Below, piece by piece: positions 1-9,126 of a DNA stretch of 64,000 nucleotides. The stretch is taken from NCBI GenBank assembly GCA_000092065.1, contig CP000581.1; one strand, 5' to 3'. The translations under genes and the position numbers were made by a program. Under the pieces are notes generated by a model. That model searched no databases and was not told where the DNA came from. It was given only the letters and a program-made list of their open reading frames with translations. Source of the stretch: Ostreococcus lucimarinus (Eukaryota). The stretch's first letter is position 1. Each line of letters starts with the position of its first letter.

Positions 1-217
1 TCGCGTTCGCCGTGTGACACGCGAGCAGGATGTGATTCCTCGGCTGCACCCTCCACGCGAACCGCATGAACAGCCCGGAGTACACCACCAGCGCGCCCGT
101 CATCGGTCCGCTGATCATCGACTCCGGCTTCTTCGTGTCCGCCAAGCCCTGCGCCCGTCGCGCGGCGTCGCGCCGCCGTCGTCAGTCGCCGCGTCCGTCG
201 CTTCGCGTCCGTCGCTT

Positions 218-265
<48 letters not shown>

Positions 266-471
266 CCGGTCGTCGTCGTCGTCCCGGTCGTCGTCGTCGT
301 CCCGGTCGTCGTTCGACGCGCGTCGTCCGTCGTCGTCCGACGCGCGTCGCGCCGTCGTCCGATGCGCGGCGACGGACGCACCGCGAGCACGAACCCCCAG
401 TTCGCGACGGGCCCCCAGAAGTGGGTCGTCCTCGGCCCCGTGGGGCTGTTGATGAAGGCGCGCACGCTCAT
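1..471 (-). CDS. MPC: mitochondrial pyruvate carrier (MPC family). C-terminus runs off the window start. Two exons: complement(join(<1..148,382..471))
   Basis: Minus-strand translation from ATG 471..469 gives [30 protein letters not shown], which contains the MPC signature FWGPVANWG. After a GTGCGT donor at 381 and a CAG acceptor at 149, a second frame continues [49 protein letters not shown]. This matches MPC1 ([40 protein letters not shown]). Unspliced, the frame reads into a poly-Thr/Arg tract. Confidence 0.8.
149..381 (-). other. inferred spliceosomal intron of MPC (233 nt, GTGCGT...CAG) that contains the (GTC)n microsatellite
   Basis: Splicing is required to join the two homology-supported MPC segments. 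Donor consensus matches the other introns in the window. Confidence 0.7.
221..312. repeat. (GTC)n trinucleotide microsatellite interrupted by CCCG; about 18-bp higher-order unit
   Basis: Direct reading: gtcgtcgtcgtcgtc...cccggtcgtcgtcgtcgtcccggtcg. Confidence 0.9.
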
Positions 472-1268
472 GGCGCGGCACTGTGCGGCGATGCCGACGC
501 CGGCGAACGACCGCGACGTCGTGCGCGTGCGCGCGACGCCGCGCTCGAGCGGGTGCGACGTCGTCCGGTGGAGCGCGTGCGGAGACATCGCGTGCGCGGC
601 GCGGCGCGGCGCGGTGGTCGCGGTGCGCGCGACGCGACGCTCGAGACGGAACGCGAACGAAGCGAATCGACCAAAGACTGACGACGCGCGCCGACGACGA
701 CGACGCGCAGCGGGATGGATTCGACGCGACGGAGCCGGGGATGGAGTGCGCGACGTTCGATGCGTCGCGCGAGGGAAACGCGCGAGCGTCGGAGGCGCTG
801 AGACACGGATTGGAGGCGGCGAAGAGCGCGCGGCGGTTGGACGCGAGCGGGACGACGACGCACCGGTTCGGGGAGACGCGCGCGGGAGGAAACGATGGCG
901 CGAACGCGGAGAAAAGCGCGCGGGCGCTCGATTGGTCCGCGGTGGGGGCGATGGGGTGCGGCGAACGGTGCGCGCTGGCGATGTGCGCGACGGATGGGAC
1001 GTGCGAGGCGTTCGCGCCGCCGGAGACGGAGGCGACGAGCGCGTGGAGGCGAGCGGTTCGTTTGAGCGACGCGTGGGGCGACGCGTGCGCGAGCGATGGG
1101 TACGCGCGAGCGCGCGATGACGTCGTGGGCGTCGTCGCCGAGGTAGGGCTAGAGGTGAAGCGGGATGAGGATTGTTTCGAGCGCGCGGCGGAAGTCGCCG
1201 CGAGACGCGCCGCTGAAGACGCGAGCGGCTCGGATGCGAAGCGAGTGAAGGAAGAAGATCCGAAACCG

Positions 1269-3062
1269 ATGGATTCGACGACGGTCGACGGCGACGAAAT
1301 TTACGTATACGGCGCGCTTCGTCAGGGCGTGGGCGTGGAAGTGTCTTCTAGCGCGGACGTGGCGCCAGAGCTTTGGCGCGTCGGCTCCGTCGTTTCGGCA
1401 AACTTCAACGCCGCGCCGCGAGCGCGCGTAGAATACGACGACGACAAGGTGCGCGGGGAGTTTTTAGTATGGGCAAATGAAGACGTCTGGGGGAGTGGTG
1501 TCGCAACGATTCCCGCGCAGGATCGATTCGCCGTGCGCAAGGTGCGACCGACGAGGATGACGTGCGTCGCGCGGCCGGTTCCGCCTCGCGACGATGTGCG
1601 AGCGAGCGATTTACGCGCCGGCGAAATCATCGAGGTCATGCACGAAATTCCGTCCACATGGCGGTTAGCGCAGGTGATCAAGGTTGGGAAGGACGTCACG
1701 GTGAAGTTTAGTCTCGCGAAAAATTCCGCCGAAGCGCTCGTGCCCGTGAGCGCGTGTCGTCGTCGGCGAACGTGGACCGGCGTTCGCGGCGGATGGATCG
1801 CCGCGAAGGACGACGTACGCTTACCGCTGCGCGCATTCGAGTACGAAAAGAATGACGAGACGGCGATGGGAGGCGATGAAGTCGAAATGGTCGATACACC
1901 GCAGGTTGCCATAGGCGACGACGCAAAGCAAACGCGCGTGGCGATGGATGAGTTTTTTCGTTTGCGAACTTCGGAAAAGACGTATAACGGATCCGCGAAA
2001 TTTGACGACGAAGACGCTCGCTTGTGCGAACGGATTTTCGACTCGGTGGGTTTATCGACACGCGCGCGACGCGACGCAAAGGTGGAAATACGTAAGCTCT
2101 TGACGACGACTCCTGAGGTCGACCCCGGGTTTGAACTGCCGAAATCATCGAAGACGCACGTGCACGTGCAGTTGACGTACGACGACGCTCCGATGCTCAA
2201 AGCCGAGCTTTTGCAGTTCATGTCTTGCGCGTGGATGGCGATACCGTGCGCCGATGGTGCCACGCTAACGTACCATCACATGCTCGCGTGCGGTACAAAA
2301 AGTGGCCATGTCGTCATTTTTCTCGTCGGCGACGACGCGACGGTGCGCATCGTCGCGACGCGGCGAGTCGCGGCAAAAGCCTGGATCACGAGTTTGGCGT
2401 GCAGTAAAGATGATTCAACGAAAGAAATCACGCTTTTCATCGGATGCAGCGACGGCGCGATCGTACGCGCCACAGGTGACGTCACCGCCGCGCAAATCGC
2501 GCTGGCGCGCACCCCAGTCGTCGACGAATGCGACTTGTTTGCGACGTTCGCCGTGCTCGATCCCGCCGACGGCTGTGCGGTGACGTGCATGTCTGCTTCT
2601 GGCGGCTGTCTCATCGCGGGTAAGACGAATGGTGACATCTTCGCGTGCGATTTCAGGCGACCGAATAGAGCGCGGAAACGCCGTGTGTCGCTCGAACCAA
2701 TCGCCGGCGCGTGCTGGTCGCGCGACGCCGCCACCGGCGCCTCGCTCGCGCACGTCGTGAGCGGCGCCACCCATCTCATCCTCGACGTTTTTCACGACAG
2801 CCGAGACGACGCGAACGCGGTTTTCATCGCCACTCGCGCCGACCTTCCCTCGCAGTCCAGCGTCGGCGATCGTCGCAAGCGCGTCGACGCCGTCCGCGCC
2901 GTGGAAGCTTCCTTCGGCGCCGCCGCGTCGCCCGCCGCCGATGCCGTCGCTCGATGCGACGCCTACGTTCGCGTCGACGCTCTTCGCACGAAGGACAGTT
3001 TTTTTGAAGCGAAATTCTGGCGAGGCGAAATCGTGCGCACGCGCGGCGGCGCGGCGGCGTAG
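1269..3062 (+). CDS. hypothetical protein with tandem Tudor/Agenet-like domains followed by WD40-like beta-propeller repeats. Start uncertain; ORF is open from 483
   Basis: Long ORF in genome-typical codon usage. Motifs ELWRVGSVVSANF...VEYDDD...GEFLVW and AGEIIEVMHEIPSTWRLAQVIKVGKDVTVKF resemble Tudor/Agenet barrels. The C-terminal VVIFLVGDDATVRIV / ITLFIGCSDGAIVRA / CLIAGKTNGDIFACDF resemble WD repeats. No confident family assignment. Confidence 0.5.
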   Translation: MDSTTVDGDEIYVYGALRQGVGVEVSSSADVAPELWRVGSVVSANFNAAPRARVEYDDDKVRGEFLVWANEDVWGSGVATIPAQDRFAVRKVRPTRMTCVARPVPPRDDVRASDLRAGEIIEVMHEIPSTWRLAQVIKVGKDVTVKFSLAKNSAEALVPVSACRRRRTWTGVRGGWIAAKDDVRLPLRAFEYEKNDETAMGGDEVEMVDTPQVAIGDDAKQTRVAMDEFFRLRTSEKTYNGSAKFDDEDARLCERIFDSVGLSTRARRDAKVEIRKLLTTTPEVDPGFELPKSSKTHVHVQLTYDDAPMLKAELLQFMSCAWMAIPCADGATLTYHHMLACGTKSGHVVIFLVGDDATVRIVATRRVAAKAWITSLACSKDDSTKEITLFIGCSDGAIVRATGDVTAAQIALARTPVVDECDLFATFAVLDPADGCAVTCMSASGGCLIAGKTNGDIFACDFRRPNRARKRRVSLEPIAGACWSRDAATGASLAHVVSGATHLILDVFHDSRDDANAVFIATRADLPSQSSVGDRRKRVDAVRAVEASFGAAASPAADAVARCDAYVRVDALRTKDSFFEAKFWRGEIVRTRGGAAA

Positions 3063-3065
3063 CGA

Positions 3066-4253
3066 ATGTTAGACACTCGGCGCTCTGTAGAGAAACAGAA
3101 ATGTTCCACCGCACACGCCCGCGCGCGCGCGCCGCGACCGCGCGCGATGCCGCGCGAAAACGACGACGTCAACACCGCCGACGCCTCGCCGAGCGCGGCC
3201 GCGTTCTTCGCCGACGACGAGCGCTACGTCCCGCGCGCGGCGTTGCTTCGCGCGTCACGAATTGGCGAGCGTTTGCGCGCCACGTGGAGCGCGCGGCGCA
3301 TCGCGGGCGACGCCGCGCCCGAAACCATCGTCGTCGTCACCTCCGGTGGCACCACCGCGCCGCTGGAGCGGGCGCAGGTGCGGTGCGTGGATAATTTCAG
3401 CAGCGGCGCGCGCGGGGCGAGGTTGGTGGAGGAACTGTTGCGAAGAGGCGACTGCGACGTGGTGATGCTGCAGCGCGAGGGATCGTGCGCGCCGCACGAG
3501 CGCATGGTGAATGAATCACTGGTGAATGATTCGCGCGCGCGCGAAATTGGGCGCGCGCCGCACGCGTTGGATGCGTTTGAGATGGTGAAAGATGGCGCCG
3601 CCGACGAATTTCTGGGCGCGACGCGCATTCGCGCTCGGGACGCGGGCGGGACGAATAGTTGTGGTGTGTTGACTCAAGCGCTTCGTGGTGTCGAGGCAGA
3701 GTCCGAGAGGTTGATCGTGGTGCGATTTAAGACGTTATATGAGTATTTAACTTCGCTTAAGGCGACGTGCGAGGCGGTCGGGGACGAGGCGAAGGCGCGC
3801 GGCGGACGCGCCGTCGTCGTCCTCGCGGCGGCGGTGAGCGATTTTTACGTTCCGTGGTGCGATTTACCCGAACATAAGATTCAAAGCTCGGCGCACAGTG
3901 CGGCTGGGTTAGAGCTGACGCTGAAACCGGTGCCCAAGATGCTCGGGATGATCAAACACGAGTGGTGTCCCGAGGCTTTCGCCGTAGGCTTCAAGCTCGA
4001 AACCGACGTCGATTTACTCGCCGACAAGGCGCGCAAATCCCTCGAACGCTACCGTCTGGACGCCGTCGTCGCCAACGAGCTCACGACACGTTACGACTAC
4101 GTCACCGTATTCGCCGCCGACGGTTCGTCCAAGAAACTCGAGCGCGACCCGAATCCGCGACCGCCGACTTTGGGTCTCGGCTACGGCGCCGCGTCGCTCG
4201 ACGGTCAAATCGTCGACGAACTCTTGCGTTTAGCCACCGCGCGACATCCGTAA
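3066..4253 (+). CDS. PPCS: phosphopantothenoylcysteine synthetase (PPCS/CoaB, CoA biosynthesis)
   Basis: [31 protein letters not shown] matches the PPCS core (VTSGGTxVPLE...R..DNFSSG.RGA). The N-terminal AAFFADDE is plant-like. The true start may be the second ATG (MPRENDD, about 3147). Confidence 0.85.
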   Translation: MLDTRRSVEKQKCSTAHARARAPRPRAMPRENDDVNTADASPSAAAFFADDERYVPRAALLRASRIGERLRATWSARRIAGDAAPETIVVVTSGGTTAPLERAQVRCVDNFSSGARGARLVEELLRRGDCDVVMLQREGSCAPHERMVNESLVNDSRAREIGRAPHALDAFEMVKDGAADEFLGATRIRARDAGGTNSCGVLTQALRGVEAESERLIVVRFKTLYEYLTSLKATCEAVGDEAKARGGRAVVVLAAAVSDFYVPWCDLPEHKIQSSAHSAAGLELTLKPVPKMLGMIKHEWCPEAFAVGFKLETDVDLLADKARKSLERYRLDAVVANELTTRYDYVTVFAADGSSKKLERDPNPRPPTLGLGYGAASLDGQIVDELLRLATARHP

Positions 4254-4404
4254 AACGACGTCCACGGCGCGTTTCAAACATTCCGGTCACGCGTCGTTCC
4301 ATCCTTCCGCTCGATCGCCGTCATCGACCCCCATCGTCGCTCGCTCGCCTCGCCGCTCGCCGCGCCGCGTCCGCACAAACCGTCGCCCGTTCGCGACGAT
4401 CGCG

Positions 4405-6175
4405 ATGACCGCGTCGAGCATGGACGTCGACGCCGACGCGTCGACCAAAGAAAACGTCGAACCGAGCGACGCGAACGCGCGTCGCGCGGACGTCGCGCAC
4501 CGGGTACGCGTCGTCGACGGTGCACGCGACGCGACGTCGCGTCGTCGAGATCGATCGCGACGCGCGGCGCGTCGTCGTCGAACGCTTTTCGATCGAGCGC
4601 GCGCGATGACGGCGGACTGACGACGCGTTCGACGGACACAGCTCGCGGGATGCGTGCGCGACGTGCAGAAATCGGTAGAGGCGAAGGGCGAGGCGAGATT
4701 CGTCGCGAGAGCGCTGCGAGAGGTGCGAGACGGCGACGCGCGAGGCGAGGCGAGGCGAAGACGCGAGGCGGACGCGGAAGAAACGACCGAGCGATGACTG
4801 ACGGTGCGCGCGCGCGCGGTGGATGACGTAGACGGCGATGGTGCGACGAGAGCTCACGAGCGAGAACGTGCGCGCGTTCGTGGGCGCGGTTTTGCCGGAG
4901 GAGAGCGCGGCGCGAGCGGCGCTCTTGGCTCGATGCGAGACCAAAGCGGCGGGAAGACAGACGAGAGGGAAGAGCGCGGGGACGAAGGGCAAGGGCGGCG
5001 AAAGCGATGATGCGGTGGTAGACTTAAGCGACGTTGCGCCGTGTGCGCTTCCAGAGGCGGAGGTGTACGCGTACTTGGTAGTTTTGATGCACTTGATTGA
5101 CGGCGAGCGAGGCGAGGACGCGCTCGAGTGCGCGCGAGAGGCGGTCGATAGAATCAAGCAGTTTAACCGTCGATCGATGGATGTGCTCGCGGCGAGAGTG
5201 TACTTTTACTACTCACTCGCGTACGAGAGATTTGGATCGCTCGAAGACGCGCGCGCGACGCTTCTGGCGCTGTATCGGACGTCGGCGCTGCGCCTGGACG
5301 AAATCGGCCAAGAAACTTTGGTCAACTTGCTGTTGCGCAACTACTTGCACTACAACCTTTACGACCACGCGGAAAAGCTTCGATCGAGGGTGACGCTGCC
5401 GCAATCGCGATCGATTCAACAGCAGTGCCGTTACGCGTACTACCTCGGTCGCATTCGCGCCGTGCAGTTGGAATACAGCGAGGCGAAGGAGTACCTGACG
5501 CAGGCGTACCAAAAAGCGCCGACGGGGGCGAAGGGGTTCCGTCTCGAGCTGTTGAAGTGGATCACCATCGTTCGAATGCTTTTGGGAGAGATTCCCGAGC
5601 GAAAGGAGCTGACTCAGCCGGAGATGCGCGCGGCCTTGGCACCGTATTTCGATCTCGTCCAGGCGGTGCGCATGGGCGACTTGACCGCGTTTCAACGCGC
5701 GGCGGAGACGCACGGGACGACGTTTACCGAAGACAAGTTGTCCAACTTGATCAACCGCTTGCGCGCGAATGTCATTCGAACCGGGCTCACGCGTATTAAC
5801 ACTGCGTACTCCAAGATTTCCCTCGCCGACGTGGCCGAGAAGCTCGGTTTGCCGAGCGTGGAGGACGCGGAATCCGTCGTCGCGAAGGCGATTCGCGACG
5901 GCAACGTCGACGCCGTCATCGATCATTCGGCCAAGGTGATGTATAGTAAGGAGACCACAGACGTCTACAGCACGCAAGAACCGCAAAGTGCGTTCCACGT
6001 GCGCATCGCGTTTTGCTTGGACACGCACAACGAAGCCGTCAAGGCGATGCGTTACCCGCCCAAGGAGAAGGCGAAAACCGCCGACGCGCTCGCGTCGCGC
6101 GGCGTCGACAACGACGCCTCAGGATTAGATCTCGCGGATTTCGACGACGACTACGACGATATGGACTTCTTCTAG
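4405..6175 (+). CDS. RPN3: 26S proteasome regulatory subunit RPN3/PSMD3 (PCI domain). Two exons: join(4405..4503,4832..6175)
   Basis: Exon 2 (ORF 4838..6175) aligns along its length to plant RPN3 (LLNLLLRNYLHYNLYDxAEKLRS...QLEYSEAKE...IRDGNVDAVIDH...DFDDDYDD). An in-frame TAG sits immediately upstream of the ATG at 4838, and the ORF lacks the conserved N-terminal helix. Exon 1 (ATG 4405, MTASSMDVDADASTKENVEPSDANARRADVAHR, donor GTACGC at 4504) spliced to the TAG acceptor gives ...RRADVAHRTAMVRRELTSENVRAFVGAVLP. This matches Arabidopsis RRIARAVRLTVGLRRKLTGSVISSFLDFALVP. Confidence 0.8.
4504..4831 (+). other. inferred intron of RPN3 (328 nt, GTACGC...TAG)
   Basis: See the RPN3 entry: phase-0 junction restores the conserved N-terminus. 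Confidence 0.6.
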
Positions 6176-6229
6176 ACTCTCTAACGATTTAATTACCAAC
6201 ACCGACGCGCGACGTGCGAAAAAACGCCC

Positions 6230-6733
6230 TCACTTCCGTCCCTTCTTCCCCTTCTTGCCGGAGCGCGCCTTCTCCGCTTTCTTCCCCTGCCCCGGCGCCG
6301 GCCCCGCCGCGCCCGCCACCTGCTTCAGGTATTCCTCGAACACCCTGTGTTGCGTCATAAACCTCGGATTCGTCCCCGGCTTCCCGTTTTCTCCTCGCTC
6401 CGGGTGCGCCTTGACCGCCGCCGCGATCGCCCGCAGCAGCTTCCCTCGCGTGTTCAGTTCCTCCCTCACGAAGCTCCCGTCGTCTCGCTTCCACTCCACG
6501 CGCACGCGTCCGCGGCACCAAAAATCTCTCGAGTACGCCTTATCCTCCAGCTCGCACCGCATCCCGAGCGCGCGCTCGCACGCGTCCGCCACCTCGAGCG
6601 CGTGCGGGTGCTCGACCGCGTCCTCGCGCGCGATGCGCCGTCCCTTCGCCACCGACCGCGCGGCGTCGATGTACGGCGGGTACACGACGACGCGCTCGTC
6701 GTGCTTCCAGATCATCGGCGCCTTGCTCGCCAT
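6230..6733 (-). CDS. SRP19: signal recognition particle 19 kDa protein SRP19
   Basis: VVVYPPYIDAARSVAKGRRIAREDAVEHPHALEVADACERALGM...AYSRDFWCRGRVRV matches SRP19 (ICIYPAYLNNKKTIAEGRRIP..KAVENP...YSREWNRDVQYRGRVRV). Lys-rich tail. Real ATG at 6733. Confidence 0.85.
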   Translation of the reverse strand: MASKAPMIWKHDERVVVYPPYIDAARSVAKGRRIAREDAVEHPHALEVADACERALGMRCELEDKAYSRDFWCRGRVRVEWKRDDGSFVREELNTRGKLLRAIAAAVKAHPERGENGKPGTNPRFMTQHRVFEEYLKQVAGAAGPAPGQGKKAEKARSGKKGKKGRK

Positions 6734-6819
6734 GGCGTCGCGCGCGGGCGTTCGGAGCGCGCCGCACTGTGCGGCCGGGACGCCGACCGGATGGCGCCCG
6801 CGTCGCGCGCGAGCCGTCG

Positions 6820-7773
6820 ATGACGCGCGCGTCCGACGCGCCGGACGCGTCGGCGCCTCGGCGCTCGCGCGCGGACGACGCCGTCGCCGGCGTCGTCGCC
6901 GGCGCGGCGTGCGTCGCGGCGGGACATCCGTTCGACACGGTGAAAGTGTTCGTGCAAAAGAACCGCGGACACACGACTGGAAGCGCCATCGCGGCGCTGT
7001 ACCGCGCGCGAGGCGCGCGAGGACTGTACGCGGGCGTCGCGGCGCCCCTGGTCGGGGCGTCGCTCGAGACGGGGGCGAACTACGCGTGCTTTCACGAGGC
7101 GCGCGAGGCGGCGCTCGCGGGCGCGAGCGGCGCGGGCGCGGGCGCGCGGTTGGCGGCGAGCGCGTTCGCGGGCGCCCTCGCGGGAGGGCTCATGACCCCA
7201 TTTCTGACGCCGTTCGAGCTGGTGAAGTGTCGAGCGCAGGTCGGGGACGGAGGCGGGAGCGCGCGGGCGGTGGCGCTCGACGTCTGGCGAACGCGCGGCG
7301 CGCTCGGATTGTTTCGCGGCGTCTCGCACACCGCGGCGCGCGAGATTCCGTCGGGAGCGGTGTATTTCGCGACGTATGAGATTTTCCGAACGATTTTCCC
7401 GCGCGCGCGCGGCGCGAGCGACGTCGGCGGCGACGTGACGCGCGCCGCGTTCGAGACGCGAGACGCGCGGGGCTTGCTCGTCGAGGCGCTCGCCGCGGCT
7501 TCGTGTGGCGGCGCCGCGGGCGTCGTCACCTGGCTCATCGTCCTTCCGTTGGATAACGCGAAGACTATTTACCAGTGCGAGCGTCCCGGCGGCGCGCGCG
7601 ACTTACCGCCGCTGGCGCTCCTTCGCGCTTTGGTCGCCGAGCGCGGCGTCTCCGGGCTCTGGCGCGGCGCCGCGCCCGTCGTCGCGCGCGCGTTTCCCGC
7701 CAACGCCGCGCAGTGGCTCGCGTGGGAGTTCGCGTCTCGCGCTCTGCGCGCCGACCGGCTCGAGCGCTCGTAG
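6820..7773 (+). CDS. mitochondrial carrier family protein (SLC25; carnitine/acylcarnitine- or basic-amino-acid-carrier-like)
   Basis: Three Px[DE]xxK/RxQ carrier signatures (PFDTVKVFVQ, PFELVKCRAQ, PLDNAKTIYQ) in three-repeat architecture. First real ATG is at 6820; the track start at 6769 is a GTG. Confidence 0.85.
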   Translation: MTRASDAPDASAPRRSRADDAVAGVVAGAACVAAGHPFDTVKVFVQKNRGHTTGSAIAALYRARGARGLYAGVAAPLVGASLETGANYACFHEAREAALAGASGAGAGARLAASAFAGALAGGLMTPFLTPFELVKCRAQVGDGGGSARAVALDVWRTRGALGLFRGVSHTAAREIPSGAVYFATYEIFRTIFPRARGASDVGGDVTRAAFETRDARGLLVEALAAASCGGAAGVVTWLIVLPLDNAKTIYQCERPGGARDLPPLALLRALVAERGVSGLWRGAAPVVARAFPANAAQWLAWEFASRALRADRLERS

Positions 7774-8169
7774 CTCGCTCGCAGTTCCGATCGTCGCGCC
7801 GGATCGGGCGCCCGTCCTCGTCGCGCGCGCCGACCGCCGACTTTCGTCGGGGGAACTTAAATCGCCAATTCATCATTCGCCGCACACGTCGACGCCATGT
7901 CCGCGCCCTCGCCCGCGCGCGACGCCGACGACGCGCGCTCGCCCGTCGCCGTGACGCCCGAACCGACGACGACGTCGCGCGACGCCGCCGCCGACGACGC
8001 CGACGACGCGCGCGCGCGAACGCCGACGACGCTCGCGGCGAGTTTCGACGCGATGACGCTGCGCGATCGCACGAACGACGCGACGACGAGGGAAACGAAA
8101 CACGCGCGCGCGTCGTCGCTCGGCGGGAAGAGGTGCGCGATCGATCGCGACGGGACACGACGACGCGCG

Positions 8170-8213
8170 ATGATTGATGATTGATGATGAATGATGAATG
8201 ATGAATGAATGAT
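8170..8213. repeat. (ATGA/ATGAATG)n simple repeat
   Basis: Direct reading: gatgattgatgattgatgatgaatgatgaatgatgaatgaatgatt. Confidence 0.85.
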
Positions 8214-8700
8214 TCGTCGACGACGCGCGCGGCGACTGACGACGACGCGCGAACGCCGGACAGATTCCACTCGCCCACGGACAGCGCGCTGAGCCCGGCG
8301 TCGAAATTCGTCGCGCGCAAGGCGCACCACGCGACGATCGCGATCGCGGATAAATCGCGCGCGGCGCCGCGTCCGGGCGTCGAAAACGCGAGCGAGGCGC
8401 CGCCGCGGTCGCGCTTCGCGCCCTCGTGATCGAACCGCCGCGACGGGCGCGGTCATTCTTTCCGACGCGTCGATCGATCGATCCGCGCGTCTTGTACATC
8501 ACACGCACATTATCTTTTCACGAGATCGCGTGATCGCGCCGTCGTCGTCCCGCGCGTCGGCGCCGCGCGCGTCCTCGCGTCTTCGCGTCTCGTCCGCGTC
8601 GACGCCGCGGGTTCGCTGTTTCCCCCGACGCGTTTCGATGGCGCCAGTCGATCGCGCGCGGCGCGTCGACGGCGAGCGTTCGGCGGACGCGCGCGCGGCG

Positions 8701-8724
8701 CGAACGCGAACGCGAACGCGAACG
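8701..8724. repeat. (CGAACG)4 hexamer repeat, followed by a 12-bp direct duplicate gtcgatcgcgac x2
   Basis: Direct reading. Confidence 0.8.
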
Positions 8725-8782
8725 TCGAACGACGTCGACGTCGATCGCGACGTCGATCGCGACGCCGCGTCGCGCGCATTCG

Positions 8783-8825
8783 TTCAACGCGCGCGTGCAT
8801 TCATTCATTCGACGCGCGCGTTGAA
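8783..8825. repeat. inverted repeat (13-bp arms ttcaacgcgcgcg / cgcgcgcgttgaa) flanking a cattcattcattc spacer; potential hairpin
   Basis: Direct reading. Lies in the gene-free low-complexity region upstream of the K+ channel gene. Confidence 0.6.
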
Positions 8826-9126
8826 TTCATTGAATTCATCGCGAACGCGAACGCGACGCGATGCCGTACCTGGGCGGCGCGGTGGCGGCGAACGTGAACG
8901 ACGACGACGCGCTGGACGCGCGCCTGCACGCGAACGTCGCGATGCGACACGGCGGGGCGAGCCCGCTGAGGGTGGTGAAGTGCGTCGGCGAAGCGAAGCG
9001 CGCGAAGCGAAGGAAATCGAGCGAACGAAAGCGCGAAGCGACGCGACGACGCGAAGGGCGCGCGCGAGGTGACTGACGAGCGCACGTCGCGCGCGGTGTC
9101 GCAGGTTTCGAAGCGATCGGCGAGGG

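Noticed and set aside
14-1120. 368-aa plus-strand ORF and several overlapping ORFs at the window start
   Set aside because: Products are poly-Ser/Val/Arg translations of the (GTC)n microsatellite and GC-rich spacer. The real gene here is the minus-strand spliced MPC.
6255-7379. Long Arg/Ala-rich ORFs antisense to SRP19 and the mitochondrial carrier. Similar cases: 7565..8320, 17255..18232, 32351..33331, 37810..39168, 40984..42669, 57564..58952, 63183..63993
   Set aside because: In this GC-rich genome the antisense strand of real genes is nearly stop-free and translates to RRRA low-complexity peptides with no domain content. They overlap strongly supported genes on the other strand.
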